Source: Camelus ferus (lineage: Eukaryota). Taken from it: DNA of 64,000 nucleotides. How positions within the stretch are numbered: the stretch's first letter is position 1; each line of letters starts with the position of its first letter. The translations under genes were made by a program, and so were the position numbers. The DNA is taken from the NCBI RefSeq assembly GCF_009834535.1, contig NC_045696.1:25670001-25734000 (forward strand), written 5' to 3'. This document shows, piece by piece, positions 49,234 to 63,231 of the stretch. The notes below the pieces were generated by a model. It did no database searches and was not told the DNA's origin. It was given only the letters and a program-made list of their open reading frames with translations.

Positions 49234-49310
49234 TGTTAGTTTCCCATGGTGCTTATTAAATGACCACATACTTAGCAGCTTAAAGCAACGTCTGTTTATT
49301 ATCTCAAACC
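49234..49310 (-). mobile_element. MLT1 LTR terminal fragment
   Basis: 'gttagtttcccatg...accacatacttagcagcttaaagcaac...tttattatctca'. Confidence 0.65.
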
Positions 49311-49489
49311 TCATTTGTGACTGCTTCTCATGACTCTGCTTTTGATTATTGTTCTTTCTGCTTTTTTTAAATTTGCAGAGGAGGTGTTCTTTTTACATCA
49401 CTTTATGATCTTTCTGAAACACAGTGAGAATAAAAGGAAGAATTAAGAAAAATAGGACAAAATAATTCAATTAAAGAAAGGAGAGAAAA

Positions 49490-50220
49490 GGAATGGGAAA
49501 ATAGAGACCAGTGGCAGGATGGTTTCTGACATTATGTCAGTGGGAAGATAATATCTAGATCATGGCAAATACTTTGGAAATAGGAAGGAAGAGATGTATT
49601 TGAGGAATAGTATTATGTAAGAATCAAAATAAAGTGCAAACTGTCAATGCATTTTAATTGGCAGGATTTACAGTTCAAAATATCAAGACTTTTTAAGATG
49701 ACTCCAAAATCTTGGGTGAATGGAAGAATGAGGATATAAATTATAGAAACTGAAGATACACGAAGAACAAAAAGGGTGGGGGAAAAGTTGACTAGTTTTA
49801 GTTATCAAATGACGTCACACTAGATAGTAGAGGGATATACAATGTTCATTCTTTTAGAGATAAGGTATTCAGTGACCATAAGGAAGGTCACACAAATAAT
49901 CAGTGCACACTCAGGACCCAAACCCAATTTTTTTTTTATTATTTGTAGCCTATGATGACCTTTTTTGGACCACAGTTACTTTCCAATATTGAGTTTGGGG
50001 CTAAAGAATAATATCTAATAGACATAACAAATAATGAAAATATAGAAATAGCAGAAGACATTTTAGAAAGTTACTTACTGCACTAGAGGAAGAAATGGGG
50101 TGTTATTGAGTGGAAATAAAGCATTTATCATTTGAGATTTCCAAGAGGAAAGAAAGATAATCAGTTTAAGATGAATCACAGGCAACAGCCATATTTCAGA
50201 GGTAGAAAGAGGAGGAATGA
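49490..50220 (-). mobile_element. Fragmented L2
   Basis: 'agagaccagtggcagg...tttgaggaatag...agatgactccaaaatcttgggtgaatggaagaatg', with further purine-rich L2-like pieces. Confidence 0.5.
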
Positions 50221-51499
50221 ATACCAATCACAGGCTCAATTTAAAGGGACTAAACACTGTTGAATATTACTTACTTGAATATTTAGCATGTAGCTTTTAA
50301 GTACAACGTTTTATGGAGCTTTACCCAAGAATGGTGAAAAATTCACCTGAGGACAAAAATAATCTAATTTAGCTTTTAAAATTTTATTTCACAAGTGTAC
50401 CAAGAGGCTAGCATTCTGAAATTAAGAAAGATAATAAGAAATAAAGCATTAAAATTTGGAGAAGACAGAAATTCTTTATAAGACTAAACTATGTAATGAC
50501 AGTTTGTGAGATGAAGATAATTTGGTTGTTTATTAATAAGATGCAAGTTACTTCCCTAATGAACCATTTTAATCAGTGATCTATCAGTTAATCAGTGTTA
50601 ATCAGCGTTTCATTACTAAATAAGGACTTCATGATGAGGTGGACAAACTCATAGTGTTGCATGACTAATAAGTAGACAACATTTTTTCCCAAAGATTTTT
50701 CATTATCTTAAATTCTATAATATTCAAAGTTTGGGAAAAAGACTCTTTAGACTAGCAGAATCCAGTGGTTTCATGAAAGGAGTCCAGCATTTGTGATCAG
50801 ATGCTTCTGAGATTTAGGGAGTTATTGGTAAGCACACAGGTTCTCCAAGTATAAGAACCTGGAAAAAATGATGGTATTGTTTATTGTAGGTAAAATGACA
50901 GAACAGTCACAGATAAATTTTTCTTTTCTGTTCATCCTTGCTCCGTTTTCTCAACAATAAAGTAATATTGCTTGTGTAAGATCTTAAAACCAACGAGATT
51001 CTAGAATGCTGAGATAAAATCAAACTGCTCTTGGAAAGAAATCCTTCAGCTATTTTCTTTGCTTGTCAGAGCATGTCTGGAACATTGGATTTGGATTGGA
51101 GCATCATGTTGAAAATGTTGTTTAAGTTACATCTCATCTAGATTCTGTGTGACCAACTTGCCCTTATCTACAAGTTTGAGTGAATTGTCACCCTGTAGAC
51201 ACTTTCAGCTCCAGGCCTTAGGCTTGTCAGACCTAGAAAACCAAAAATCAATCTTTGTCACATCAAGAAAGGATTAAGAGGAAGATTGTGCTGTAATTTC
51301 AGGACTCTGTCACTGTGTCTGTTCCCCAGACTGCTTGCTTGGCTTTTTGTATACTTACTTGTGCTGTATTTTTGTGGGGGAAGGGGCTCAGGGATCCAGA
51401 TAGTATTCAAAGGCTTTTTTTCCTAAACAGTACAATTTATTTTATGTTAAGTAATTTAAAACAATATTTTTATTGTAGATTTTACCTACACAGTATTTA

Positions 51500-52810
51500 A
51501 CTGAGGTAAAATTTATATATAACATTATATTAGTTACAGGTGTACAACATAATAGTTTGATACTTATGTATATTTGATATTTATGTATATTTCAAAATAA
51601 TCACAGTAAGTCTAGTTAACATCCATCAACACACATGATTAGAAAATTTTTGTTTTCTTATGATGAGAACTTTTAAGATCTACTCTCTCAGCAACTTTCA
51701 AATATACAATTTATATTGTTAGTTATAGTCACCAAGCTATACATTATATCTCCACAATTTATGTGTTTTATAACTGAGTTTGTACCTTTTGACCCCCTTC
51801 ACCCATTTTGCCCACTCCCCATCAGCAACAATCAATCTGTTCTCTCTATCTATAAACTTGCTTGTTGTTGTTGTTTGTTTTTTATTTTTTAAATACCACA
51901 CATAAGGGAAAGGACATGGTATTTGTTCTTCTCTGTCTAACTTATTTCACTTAGTGTGATGTCCTCAGTGTCCATTCATTTTGTCATAAATGGAAATATT
52001 TCATTCTTTTCAATGGTTGAATAATATTCCATTGTGTATATGTATACACATCTTCTTTATCCATTCATTCATCAGTGTACACTTAGATTTTTTTCATATC
52101 TTGGCTGTTGTAAATTATGCTGCAATAACATGAAGTGCATATATCTTTTTGAGTTAGTGTTTTCATTTACTTCAGATAAATACCCAGAAGTGGGATTGCT
52201 GGGCATATTGTTGTTCTACTTTTAATTTTTTGAAGAACTTCCATACTGTTTTCCATAGTGGCCATGCCAATTTACATCCACACTCAACAGTACGTGAGGG
52301 TTCCTTTTTTCTTCCCATCCTTGCCAACATTTGTTATTTCTTGTCTTTTGATAATAGCCATTCTAGCAGGTGTGAAGTGATATTTCATTGAGGTTTGGAT
52401 TTGCATTTCCCTGACAATTAGTCATGTGGACCTTCTTATCATGTCGCTGTTGGCCATCTATGTTCTTCTTTGGAAAAATGTCTATTTAGACCATCTGCTC
52501 ATTTTTAATCAGATCATTTGTTTTTTCCTATTGAGTTTTATGAGTTCTTTATATATTTGGGGTATTAATTCATCACACGTATGATCTGCATTATTTTCTC
52601 TCATTCAGTAAGTTACCTTTTCATTTTGTTGTTAGTTTCCTTTGCTGTACAGAAGTTTTTCTTAGTTTGAGATAGTTGCACTTGTCTATTTTTGCTTTTG
52701 TTGTCTTTGCTTTTGATTTTGGAACCAAAAAAAAAATCACTACCAAGGCTGATGTCAAGGAGTGTACTGCTTGTGTTTTTGTCTAAGAATCTTATGGTTT
52801 CAGGTCTACA
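51500..52810 (-). mobile_element. 5'-truncated L1 (L1MA9-like laurasiatherian), ~1.3 kb
   Basis: 3' UTR 'tgatgagaacttttaagatctactctctcagcaactttcaaatatacaat' through ORF2 'gataaatacccagaagtgggattgctgg...ttatggtttcaggtct'; candidate TSD acagtattta (51490-51499) / acattattta (52811-52820). Confidence 0.93.
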
Positions 52811-54399
52811 ACATTATTTACTATATAGAAGCAAATAACTATATGATAAACTAAAATTTAAAATTATATGGATTATAAAGGAGGATGATCTTTTAAAGAA
52901 GTAATGTTTGCAGTAAGTCATTTTATGCTCAAATATCTTGGGTATTTGAGCATTTCAGCCCTACATTATCAGAGATTCCAGATCTGAAGAGGATAAGATT
53001 TGGGGGGATTCGAGTGAAGAAGGCTTTGTTCTGAATTTTAAAAAGGAAAACTTGAAGTTAAAAAATAAAAGGCTCACAGGAAAGAACCATCTATAGTCTT
53101 TTTCTACCTTTATATATGGGAGAATCAATTGTTCATGATGTGGCAGGTTTTTTTCTTTCCTCAGGAAATATTCAACTGCGTATGGAAACAAAGTATGAGT
53201 TCTAAAATGAAGATATTTATAATTAAAATAAGACAGTAGAGCTTTCTGAAATATATTCATAAAATATCAATAGGTATCCAGTCAGCACTTTTCAAACATA
53301 AGAATGTAACTGTAAAACATGTAGAACAAAATTAATAAAAGAAGAAATTCTCTTATATGTATTATTAGTGGCATAATAATGATCAGAAATCCAATTAAGT
53401 ATAATTTCCCCCACAATAAAAAGTGTCCTAGCATAGAAATGTGTTTTTTCTGCAAATATATACTACACAAATCAAAAAAACACTTGCTTAGGAAACTCCT
53501 CAAAGAGAAGAAATAAGTGAATACATCTCATTGTTTGTATTGGCATTCTTACTTGGCAAACTTTAAAACTTGGAAAATATTAAACCAATTTTTATCAGGA
53601 AATGTGAATTAGCATAGGATATAGACTCTTTCAAGCATAGTCATAGCTCATTAAGAAAATTGTGCCTGCAGCTCCTCTCTCCAAGTACAAATACATATGC
53701 AAGACCAAAATAATTATACTTTAAGATATTTCCATGTTTAAATAACATTATTTTTTTGAAACTTTAACCTTGATTGATCTGTAGCCAAAAACTTAAAGTG
53801 CCACAAAAATTTACGAAATCTGTAGGTAATACAAACCTTAGGACATATTTCAAGGTTATATTGGTTCTCTTAAATGTAATCATCTGATAATTTTTATGTA
53901 ATTGTTTTGTCCATCCTTTTTTGTCACAACATTTTCAAAGCTTTATTTAAAAATAAGTTTATTTACAAGCAAGAATAATTTCCTACATTGTTAAAATGTT
54001 ATCTTTTGGCTTTAAGAAAACTTTAAAATGCTGGATAGTGACAAATGATGCTTTAGTTTATAATTAGTTTGTTCGTGTTAAGTGATGTTGTAAGGTGACT
54101 ATCTCCAGACTTGTAGAATTAATGTGGTAAGAAAAAAGCATGTAAATATTTAAATAATTCCCTACCTAATGCTATAATAGACTAGCCCATTATCTATGTT
54201 CATTTTGGCTGATCTGATAACTCTCAGAAGAAATTCACCATTATATATATGGGTCCCTATTTTTGTCATTCTGTATGTAAGATATATTTAAAGATGAAAA
54301 TTAAGGAAAATACTGTGTTTTTCATGAAAAATCTGCTACTGATTTAAGAACAGTGAAATATAACATAAACATTTAAAAGATAAATATATTATGTATTTA

Positions 54400-54705
54400 C
54401 CTACAAATAAATGTATTTATGTGTTATGCTACAAAAGCATAATATATTAATCCCTCCAATCAATTATTTTTAAACGACCACATCAACAGAAATGTGGGCA
54501 AAATATAAAGCTATTTCCAACATAAATACAAATGCTTGGTAAACAAAATAATATTCACTCTCATTAGTAATCAGAAAAATAAACATAAAATGAGATTATG
54601 CCTATCCAAACTACATTGGAAAATTAAAAACAAAGTATTAGTCCAGTTAGTATATGAGAAAACAAGCATTATCATGCAATGCTGATAAAAATATAAATTG
54701 ATTTA
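54400..54705 (+). mobile_element. Very old L1 (L1ME-type) ORF2 3' remnant
   Basis: 'aacagaaatgtgggcaaa...attcactctcattagtaatcagaaaaat...aaaatgagatta...gctgataaaaatataaattg'. Confidence 0.6.
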
Positions 54706-57466
54706 AATAAAATGTTTCTTTCTGCTCCAACCCTGGGCAAGGCTAGATGACCATGGTGATGGAGTGAGTTATGAATTCTGTTTGTGTCCAGAGATGATGC
54801 AGAGAAAATGTAATAGAAGTAAGTGGAAGAGAAGGCTTGAATGAAACTAGGAGTTTGAAGGATGTATGCCTTCCCTCCTCTCCACTCCTTTTTTGTCTCT
54901 ACCACCCAAAAAGAAGAAATACCTTGGCAACTGTCACCATGAAGAGTAAATGTAGTGCATGTCAGTATATTCATTGTATTGGAAGCATCCATTTTTGTAA
55001 TGAGTTAGGATGAACCTCTCTGATTAATAGGAAGCAGCTAAACTTGTTTTGGACAAAATTAATATATTCTTTCAATTAAATTAGTTGGAACAATAGAATA
55101 TATAAAAAACCGGTTTTCTCATCAATCAATTAAATATTTATTGTGCAAAACATGCACTTAGAATGTCTTCATATGTTTTAGAATAAAGTCTCCACTAAAA
55201 GTTGGGTCTGAAAACCGTGTAATTCAAGAAATAAGAAGGAACGTTACATATTTCACTTGGTACCTAGTCTCACAATTTCACATTTTGCCAAAAGGGATAA
55301 TGGATAGATGGAACATGGGGGAAAATTTTTTCTGGAAAATGTAAGAACTTTGTAATAAAGGAGTTTACTATTTTCTGAACCAGGTCACTAAGCAACAGTG
55401 TAAAACAAAAACCTTAATTTGCAGAGAGTTTGCTAGTGTTGGAGTCAGAGACAACACAGAATGCCTGCACTTGAAGAGTTTAAGGCCATGCTTTCTCTTC
55501 ACTTAAGATTTACAAGGCAGAACTGTCTAGTGGGTCTGTTATTAGGAACAGATAAATAGGCTGCGTATTGGATTCTTCTCACTTGATAGGGTAGCCAAGC
55601 TACCCTATTGCCTGACAATAATATTTTATGCTGAAGAACTTTTGTCTAAAAAAATCACTATCTAATTTTTTATAAAGGATTCAGTAGGATTTTTTTTTTA
55701 CTATCAAATATTTTAACATTCAACAAAGAACAAGATGGTAAATATCACCTCTTCCCTAGGAGATACTTTTTGAGAGTCATCAACACTTATCTCTGTGAGA
55801 TTTATGTAAATTATGGTAGAGATTCATTGAACTCATTATAAAGAACTATTTTAAACTTAAATTTCCACAAATATTTAAATGTTTGCAACCTCTCCCTAGT
55901 CAATTGCAATTGTCTTTAGAAAGTGTCAATAAATCAAGAATGAGAAACTTACAACTTTTCTTTAAAATATTAGAGATGATTCAAGATAGTCTCAAATGAT
56001 AAATATTGTGTTTTCAACCATTTTCTATAAATTTCTAAAACTGTAGTCGCACAATACTTTATTCTTCTTCTTTCACTTATTTTTTCTTCTTTTTCTTCTC
56101 CTCCTTTTGTTCTTTTTCTATTTTAAACAGAATTGTTCTGTAAAGGCTAGTGATGGCTTGTCTCCTCAGAAGTTAAATTACATGTCAAATATTTCAGAGT
56201 TTAGAAAAGAGCTAATGAGGGTGTAATATTAAAATGTCAAACATTTACATACCATTTTCTTCCTCTTCTTGACTCTGAAACCCTCTGATAACAACTATAA
56301 TGATTTGTTTAGGTTTTGGCCCATTGTTCCCTTTCCTCACTCATATTTAGTAATTACTTTCTTCTCAAGGCTGCACTTTTCTTGAGGAAAGTAGACTTCC
56401 AAAGTGGCGTTCAGTTTTGAATTGCATTCTGCTTGTATGACAGCAAAGACACGTTAGGGGAGCGAATTCAACAACTTGCAGTTTTCTCATTTATTTCCAT
56501 CTCTACAAAGTCCCTTGCAAAATATTTAAGCATGTTTTTATGTTTGGGCCAGGGGTTTCCCTTAGAAAGCTATCTGACTAACTGTCTCTGGATAACACCA
56601 GAGGAGATTTTAAACTACCTATTGTGTGTTATCCTCTGTTACTCAGACAAAGAATGAGAAGAGAAAAGGGAAAGATTTGTGCAAGAGCTGAGTAATTGAA
56701 AACACAGTCCCTAATATAGTGACAAGACACTGGTATGTGAAGATCAAAAGTAGACTGGGAATTTTATCAGTGGCACTCTAAAGAAGAATGTAATATGATG
56801 TAACATGTTTATAAAAACACATTCGTTCCAATTCTACTTGATGTTGAGAGCAAATTTACATGACACATTTTAGTGTCTTGTAGTATTCAATAGATTGAGG
56901 ACAGAATCCTTATTAGGAAGTGCTCTGCAAATAAGTGGAATCATAGAGAGAGCCGAGTATGTGATTGCGAATTTAAAAGTGACTACAATTGCTTTGCTAT
57001 TGTTTTTAAGTGCAAGGTCAGTCTCATATATGAGATAGTTATAATATTAGCAATACTTCTGGTATATTTGTCATGCTCAAGTGTGCGTGGTTTGTTCTAA
57101 TGTCAACCAGTAGCCTATTAAAAATAATTCGGAGCTATTGTCAACACTTGGAGTCCCTAAGCACATAAACAAGGAATGAACCGAAGATTCAAATGGCTGC
57201 TATTTGGTCCATTCATTAAGCTGGTAAAAATTATTTGTGGCGTTGTAGAGTGTGTACCATAAACTTAAGGATGTTTGTTTTTCTCAAGGCATCATTGGAG
57301 TAATTGTCTTCTTTATGCTAAAACAAGCTGAGAGATGTGACTCCAAACCAGAGGAAGAACACTTGTTAAGAAGTGATAGAGAAAGATGGTCCAGTATTGA
57401 CTCATCAGCCTCAAACTCTCTCTCAAAGCCCAGGATAATACATAACGGTTTTTCACTGATCTCAGT

Positions 57467-57735
57467 TATTCATTCATTCTTTTAACTGATATTTCAAAGT
57501 GCCTGATATAGGAAAATAGAGATTTGTAGGGTAGACTTAGATAAACACAACTCCACAGATAAACAAGTAACAGTCAGTTATACAAAGGAGAAGAGAAGAG
57601 TTCTGTGAATGTACAACAAGGCATTTAACCTAGTCAGGGAGTCATAGAGGATATCTCTGTCCAAATGGTAAAAACTTGAGATCTGAAGAATGAGTGAGAG
57701 TTTTAGCCAAGGGAAGAAGGAAGCAGGGGTTAGGT
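57467..57735 (-). mobile_element. L2 3' region
   Basis: 'tattcattcattcttt...gtgcctga...ggcatttaacctagtcagggagtca...cttgagatctgaagaatgagtgagagtt..agccaagg'. Confidence 0.7.
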
Positions 57736-59869
57736 AAATTGGGCCACGAAGGAATCTGTTGTTCCTTTGAATAACTTCTTCTAGACAAATACTGTCTTGC
57801 TGAGCTGAATCTTCCTTTATGCTACTAGGCTTTCTCTGGATGTTGTACTTCTTGATTCCAGTGATGCGATGCAAGTGTAACACCCTCTGGCAACCTCTTC
57901 TTCATCCCCAGCCCCTGAGATGTCACTGAAAATGTATAACCTCAGGAGGGGAATGGAGAGAATTATCATGATCTGTGAAAAACTATCAAGAGAAAACATG
58001 GCAGTCTTTCATTGGAGAGCCTTTTATTGGGATTTGGAGTCTGTTTAACTTCTAGGCTAGCGGATCAAGTTCTGTAGTACAGAAAATGTTAACATATATT
58101 AATTAATTGACCATTTTTATGAACAAGTATCTAGTATACCTAAAAACAGAAAAAGGAAATAATCTAATGTATTTTGTTTTGTTTTGTTTTTGCAGCTTAA
58201 AGTATATTCAGAGCAATAACCAACACTGTTATTATTATTATAATGTAGTTTCCACTGGGACCTGTATTGTGTGAGCCTACATTGGGGAAATGGGGATAAA
58301 TACTGCTTTGGTTCAATAGAAGTTTTTAAACAAGTCAATCTCTATTCTGTCTGTCTGATGACTCTATTTTTATGTATGTTTTAATCAAAAGCATAACTCA
58401 CTTTCATTCAAACAAAATGTTCCACCAGGTAAATCATGACTGACAGCCTAACTTGAGTTCAATCCTGGTTCAATATTGTCCTGCTAACATGTCAGTTATT
58501 AGAGAAGGGCTGTTGATTGATTTGTTTCATGTACACATTATTTTGGTTCACAGTGATTTTAGGCATCAGAATTTCAAGTACAATTATATTCCATCTAAAT
58601 CAACACCTCTAGCATTCTCGATAGCCTACTCTTTCTTTCATTTCCACACAGATGAATCTGCATATTTCTTAACATAAGACAGGATTTATTTATAAAACTT
58701 TTTCTGGCATGATACTAGTTTTAATATGAAAAAATGTCCTCTTATGTACATGAAACTCCATTACATATTCAGTACTGAAAACCTACTCTTCTTTTCTTAA
58801 AAGTTGAATTAAATAAAATATAATACATAATCTGATATTCTTATGATGATATGTAATTTATGGTCATATAATAGGTCATAATAAAGAGGACAAATAATGT
58901 TGATATCTATTCAGTTTTCCTTTAAAAATCTAAAAATGGAAAACTTTAGCTATAGCCAAATGAATTGCACAAATGATCATAATTGCTTGATCTGAACTAG
59001 TTTATATCAGGAAATTCCAATGGGAATTAGACAAAATTCCCTGCACTAACACACTTTGAAAGTAGGGTTTCTTGAGGTGGATTGAAGTAACTATGCAGCT
59101 ACTGTTTACAATATGAAGTGTAATATGGATTATTGTATATCTGTTTCATTATGAATCATTACCACCAATCAGCTCTATTGGAAGTTATGCCGGAAAATTT
59201 CCTACCAACTAGCAATTTTTTAAAATTAAAATTATAACAGAATATGTTGATAGGAATATGTAAGAATAAATGATGTTTAACTTACAAGAATGAACACCTG
59301 GAAACTGCTGAAAATGTTAAGTTCTTAAGCTCACAGAAATCACTGAAACTATTACATTGTTTACTTGAAAGTGTAGTGATATTAACATAATTCCTATAAT
59401 TTTTAAAATTTGGGAAATGTTCCTCTGTGTATTGTCAACACAACCCAAATAACAAACATTACTGTATAGTTAAGTGTAATGGGTTTTCCATCTATTAGTA
59501 TTACTTTGCTTTGTTCTTACACTTGGGACAAAACATACATCCAGAATAAAAGTGACTGTTTCTTTTTAATGATTTTATTAAACAAATGTCTTTTATCATT
59601 CCATCGGGTCTACGGATTTTATATTTCCTTTACATAGCTCAACAATGCAAATATTGGGTTTGTAGATAAGAATTCAATTAGCATTTCAAAGAGGTCAAAT
59701 TAATTCCCTCTCAGACAGTAGCTATTGTTTCAGTTTACAAAGTAAAACTCAGTTCTAAAGTAGAAAACAATTTTTAAATCTTACCAATCACTTTGCTCAT
59801 AGAAAAGCAGTACTGACTTTTAAAATGAAGTTTTTAAACTTAAGTCCTTAAAATATTTTAAAAATATTT

Positions 59870-59968
59870 TTTATCTACTTTAAAAAGTTATTATGAGGGA
59901 TTTTGGAGTTAATACATGTGAAGTATTTGGGACCATGCCTGGTGTATGATAAATCCTCTATAAATATA
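59870..59968 (+). mobile_element. MIR 3' fragment
   Basis: 'gttattatgagg...gagttaatacatgtgaagtatttgggaccatgcctggtgtatgataa'. Confidence 0.7.
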
Positions 59969-60459
59969 AGAAGAAATTATAAAATACCAAAACTCAAACA
60001 AATCATTATTGTCTCTAGTATTACTGCTTACATGATTCCAAAAATATTGCAGGAAATCAGTGGCATTGCAAGGTGTAGGGACAGTAGGAGTGTTCTGCCC
60101 CAGGTGCCTTCAATATTGGGTACTTCTTAGATGGGGTGGGATATAGATTTAAGACAGTAATAAAACTGACTCAAAGTTGGTTAGCGTCTTAACTATAAAA
60201 ATGCACAGGCAATTCTAAACAATGTCAGTGATAAAATATTCCCCTCTGCCAGGGTCAACCACTCCCATAGTCCTATGCTTTTTGGTATGCAGCTGCAGAA
60301 AACAATAATAGAAGGGGAAACATTTTTTGAATTCTTAAGTGATAGAGCTCTAGTTTTAAGTCATAAACTTTCATTTTCTTAATATAACACTGAACTTCTT
60401 GTTCCATTTTTAGTTCATGTGCTACTGACACGTGGAATACAAAATAGGAAATAGTAACA

Positions 60460-60578
60460 ACAACAATAATAATATCTAACATTTATCGAGTACTTATTAT
60501 TTCTAGGCAGTATTCCATGCATTTCATATGTCTCAACTCACTTACTCTTCATATGTATTATCCCCAATTTACAAAAAT
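60460..60578 (-). mobile_element. MIR fragment
   Basis: 'ctaacatttatcgagtacttatta...taggcagtattc...tctcaactcactta...tattatccccaatttaca'. Confidence 0.75.
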
Positions 60579-61099
60579 AAACCCTTTTTATGAATGATTA
60601 TTTTCATTGATGAAACATTATAAATAGTATAAGAATAGAACAATGTGTGTTATGTAAAGATAAAAAGTGTGGTAGAATATGAGTTAAAGAAAACATAAAT
60701 GAATATAGGTTAAAAGGTGAAAAGAAGGAACCCCTAAAAATATCCATGGGCCCCTAAAGATTAAGAAGATAGGATGCAGATTTCTTATCTTAACCTCAGT
60801 TCTTCTTTACTTCTTTTAATTCTGTATTTCTTTGTCTTTTCTTGATTCCCACCCAACCCCAAAGTAGGAGTGATATTAACTCCTTACAATAGGCACAAAA
60901 AGATGTTTATTCTTATAGTGCTGCACTAAACCTATGAAATTATGGAGAATGATGGTTAAGTGAGAACGTACAACCTGCAAAAACTTGGACAAATTGCAAA
61001 TTACTTTTCTGTGCCTGTCTCCAATGTCTTTATCCATAAACTAGGGAGAGAATAAACATACTATATGTGTGCATCTATCCATTGCAAATTATATATATT

Positions 61100-61305
61100 G
61101 AGGCTTAAATTGTCTTATTTTTGATGACTAGGAGCCTCTTCAGATTGGTTTCTTTTGATATATTGCTAGTAATATTTGATGGCTTTCTTGCTTTCTGGTA
61201 GGACAACAAACCAGTCTCATTTTTTTATATTTCTTGACCCACACAATGAATCCATTTCTCCACAGAATGCTGGTTCCTTTTAGGTCAGAATAAAATTTAA
61301 AACAG
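61100..61305 (-). mobile_element. L1MC4/L1MC5-type 3' UTR fragment
   Basis: 'aaattgtc...ggagcctcttcagattggttt...ttcttgctttctggta...ccatttctcc...ctggttccttttag'. Confidence 0.7.
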
Positions 61306-61852
61306 TAAGCTTTTTAATATTTCCTTTGTTTAGGGCATTGGGTTAGACTTAATGAAAGTGACAAAGATGCTCTATTTTCAAAGAATTTATAATTTATTTG
61401 ATATGATTAAAATACAAGAAAGATTCTATTATAAAAATAAAAGCACATCTGAAGTGTTCTAGACAGGAGGGATTTAATTTCAGAATTGTTACTTGGCCTT
61501 GTGACTTATTCAGAAGATCATTGAATTCATAGTTATTAAAAATAGGGTTTACTTTGAGTTAATCTGGTCAAAAAAAAAATTATGGAAGAGATGAGCTAGT
61601 TCTGGAGGGTGGGAGGTAGTAGAAATTAGAGCAATAGAAAGAATAAAAATATTCCAGGCTTATAGAATGTCAGAGAAGACCAAGACCATGTTCTAGAGAC
61701 TGGAAATTTTTTTTTTTTGGATGGAGCCAACATTTCAATATGGAAATTGAGGAATGATAGTTTAATATTTATGAACAAGTATAACTTGATAATAAAATCT
61801 AGGCTGGTTAGAGACATAAGACACAAGAACAATAGTGACTTCCCTGATTGAA

Positions 61853-62334
61853 AGTTATGTTAGGATAAAACAAAGCTGCTATAACAAAGAAAACCTAAAT
61901 TATAGTGGCTTAAAACCACAAGTTTGCTTCATTTTCTGAGACAGATGAGAGGTGAGTAGTCCAGTTTTGTGGGACATCTCTGCTTCTCACAGTCAACCAG
62001 GAACCAGGTTCCTTCTGAGTTATTTTTCTACCATCCTTTAGGGTAATGTCATCTGCATGTTCAAAGCTGAGTTACCTCATATCTGGGTTCCAACTAAAAA
62101 GGAGGTAAAGAACATAGTAGAGACATGCATGATCTCTCAAGTCCCAGAGAAGGATATGGCATGTGTTACTTCCACTCATACTCTGTCAGTAAGGACTTGG
62201 TCAGACGGCCATATATGACTGCAAGGTAGCAGTAAATGTAGACCAGCTGTGCAGTCATGTGTCTGGCTATAATTCTGTGGATATCAAAGAGGAATACTGC
62301 AGATTTTAGGGATGAGCTAACAGTCTCTGCCACA
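61853..62334 (-). mobile_element. MLT1J-type MaLR solo LTR
   Basis: 'agctgctataacaaa...agtggcttaaa...ccaggttccttct...acttccactcatactct...actgcaagg...ctaacagtctctgccaca'. Confidence 0.8.
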
Positions 62335-62456
62335 CTGGTCTCTTCTCTTTCACACATCCCCAGTTTGTGTGTTTTCATAGTTTTCCAAACTTTATTACTT
62401 TCAGCTGCTCCGTTTGTTTCCTTATCCCCCCATCCTGAATATTTTAACTAATTGAA

Positions 62457-63137
62457 TATATCTGTCAGGGTCCAGTCAAGAGACAGAAGTCACACCAGTA
62501 GTTTGAACATAGAAAGTTTAATATTACTATTACCTAGTAGCAGGATATTGACCACTGATGAATAAAGAGAATGCCAAAGAATTCAGAAATAGCAAATACA
62601 GAGGCAGCTACCATCTCTAAGGTTGAGGCAGAATATCTGAGGAAGAAACAAACTTAGATTTCCCACCTTCTCCCCCAATGCAGAGATTCAGACTTTGTTG
62701 AAGAGGATATGGCAGTAACCACTGGATGGCAGAGTTTGCTGAGGTGTTGCACACCAATGGCAGCTAGTATGAAATGATCTGCCCAGCTCCTACTAACATT
62801 TATGAGGAAATGAACCTAACCAAGAACTCACAGAACTCACTAGGCAGCTTCCCTTGGGAGTGCCTGTGAAACTAGCTGGAATATGCATAGTACTAAGATG
62901 CCTTCCACTCCACTGGTACTCATGTGCAAGGAAGGATAAAGAATAACAAACTATACCTGAAGCGTGACGAGAACTCTTCCTTCCTTAAATAGGGTCCCCC
63001 CTCCAACACCTTCGACCACAAAGGCTGACTGTCCTCCAAGCTGATAAAGGAGATGTGTTTATAAGATCCAGCTGAGGTGTTATGACATAGGGCAAAGGTG
63101 GATTTGAGCTGGAAGACAATAAATTGTTGCTGGCACA
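62457..63137 (-). mobile_element. ERVL solo LTR (LTR50-like)
   Basis: 'tctgtcagggtccagtcaagagacagaagtcacaccagta...gaaagtttaatat' through 'ggtggatttgagctg..agacaataaattg..gctggcaca'. Confidence 0.75.
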
Positions 63138-63231
63138 GTGGACATGACATGAAATTGTTATATCATTTCCTTGTTGTTTTATCACAATAAAGTTCCTTAT
63201 TTTAGAACTGAATGAGGGAAAATGCCACAGG

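Noticed and set aside
56055..56226. Long pyrimidine tract ending AAACAG followed by 31 open codons
   Set aside because: No good donor before the stop; the tract looks like simple CT/T low complexity and the peptide is unrecognised.
57578..57999. Two overlapping minus ORFs (101 and 60 aa) after a TTTTCAG acceptor-like site
   Set aside because: The longer ORF runs into an L2 relic, no donor found, no recognisable protein.
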